Shown here piece by piece: positions 62,718-64,000 of a stretch of 64,000 nucleotides of DNA. The notes under the pieces are model-generated. The model was given only the letters and a program-made list of their open reading frames with translations, was not told where the DNA came from and made no database searches. The translations under genes and the position numbers were made by a program. Numbering within the stretch: position 1 is the stretch's first letter; the number at the start of each line of letters is the position of its first letter. The stretch comes from Neodothiora populina. Taxonomy: Eukaryota. The DNA lies in the NCBI RefSeq assembly GCF_041146345.1, contig NW_027191405.1:62001-126000 (forward strand), read 5' to 3'.

Positions 62718-64000
62718 CGGTGGATCTTGTTCAATAGAGGTGCTGGGTATATCTTACCGACCTACAAATAGATGACTGATATATGAAAAGGAAAGAGAAG
62801 AAGAAAGGCCTACTTATGATGATGATGATTGTACTACGTTTCAACCCCAGAAAGTCTAATGAATCACAAAATGTTACAGAACTACAAGAAAATCTCAGAA
62901 TCGATATTATCGCTGCGGTGTACAAAGTTCCTCCCTCACGTCCACAGACGACCAATAAGCATAATGTTTGACAACATGTGGTTGGCTGAAGAAGGTATGG
63001 ATCGACATCGTGCTTCGTCCTGAAAGGTTCAGTGGAAGATGCTATGGCTTGGCGGTGGCGCATTCCAGAACTATGGCTGATCGCACAGCGATACAGTAAA
63101 TATTCGTTTTTTATCGACGGAGGCCTTACATGCAAATGGGTTTCGTGAGATGGACCGCCCACTGCTGTACGAAGGGGGCGAGTCAGATCCTCACATATCT
63201 GAGGCTCGAATTCTACGAGATCGCCTTATCATGCTGTGCGGTCTCACAACCATGGACGTAACGTAGAGCGGACTGGTTCGATTCTGACATGGCATACTGG
63301 CATCCGCAATGACCACTTACGGGCCGATCTTGAACCTCTATAGGCCTCGACTTTACCTGACAATTCTATGAAACTCAGATAGCTACGGATATGTGTACTC
63401 AAAACACGAATGGTCAAGTCCTGCATGTGCGGAGAAAGCTCCATAGGGACAGGGTCGCCCTCGGGATCTTGCTCTCCGAAGTATACATATTCTCGCTTAC
63501 AGTGCGGGTGACCTACTGTAGCAATAGTTATAGTTCCAAGATAAGGAAGTGACCACTATAGGACAAAACCTCCTACGGTTCTCATCAATCAAGAGAGCTC
63601 AAGCTTTAGCTCGAGCTTGTACCGAAACATAGGCAAGCACCACTCACACGAGGCCCCACGCACACTTGATGCAGGTGAAGCAGCACAACACACACAAAAG
63701 CGAGATCTAAATCCTCGAAATGCAAGGCTTCCGTCAGAACTTCCGAATGCTATAATCTAAGTGATACAGGACCGCCTCCAAACAACGCATGCCTTAGTAG
63801 GCTGGAGTCATTGCCCCACATCTTCTCCCCTCCTTACTGCTAAAGCCTGTACTACAGTACATCTAATTAAAGTATGCATGAAGGCCAGAAGAGAAAGACA
63901 GAGGACGACACAAATAAGAAACCAAATGCGCGAGACACGCCCGACAATTCCCCAACCAAACACCTTAAGCACTTGTCCCCCACAAAGGCAAGACTCTAGA

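Noticed and set aside
63270..63295. GGTTCGATTC resembling a tRNA T-loop
   Set aside because: The flanks do not form a T-stem and no cloverleaf is visible

Overview
Intron-containing DNA from a filamentous ascomycete (short GT-AG introns with CTRAY branch points; fungal actin with five introns). About 23 protein-coding genes can be reconstructed. 1-37 kb looks accessory/metabolic: a SidF-like siderophore acyltransferase and a MaoC dehydratase (both with PTS1), an FAD monooxygenase, an Ap4A phosphorylase, a JlbA/IDI-4-like bZIP, an amino-acid permease, a 2OG-Fe dioxygenase, a kinase pseudogene, a sulfonate transporter plus TauD dioxygenase, a GH28 enzyme, a MetE-like enzyme, a Cyc2-like reductase, an MFS and an ABCA transporter. 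38-53 kb is housekeeping (Aim32, Tda3, Dhr1, actin, small HSP). 56-62 kb holds secreted GH3 and GH51 enzymes. The most notable anomalies are a bZIP ORF with no AUG before its basic region and an overlapping AUG uORF, a frameshift in the monooxygenase, a permease intron ending in CG instead of AG, RIP-like stops in the kinase, a GC-AG intron and a hidden spliced micro-ORF. All family calls come from motif recognition by eye, with no database searches. No tRNA, rRNA, CRISPR array or intact transposon was recognised.
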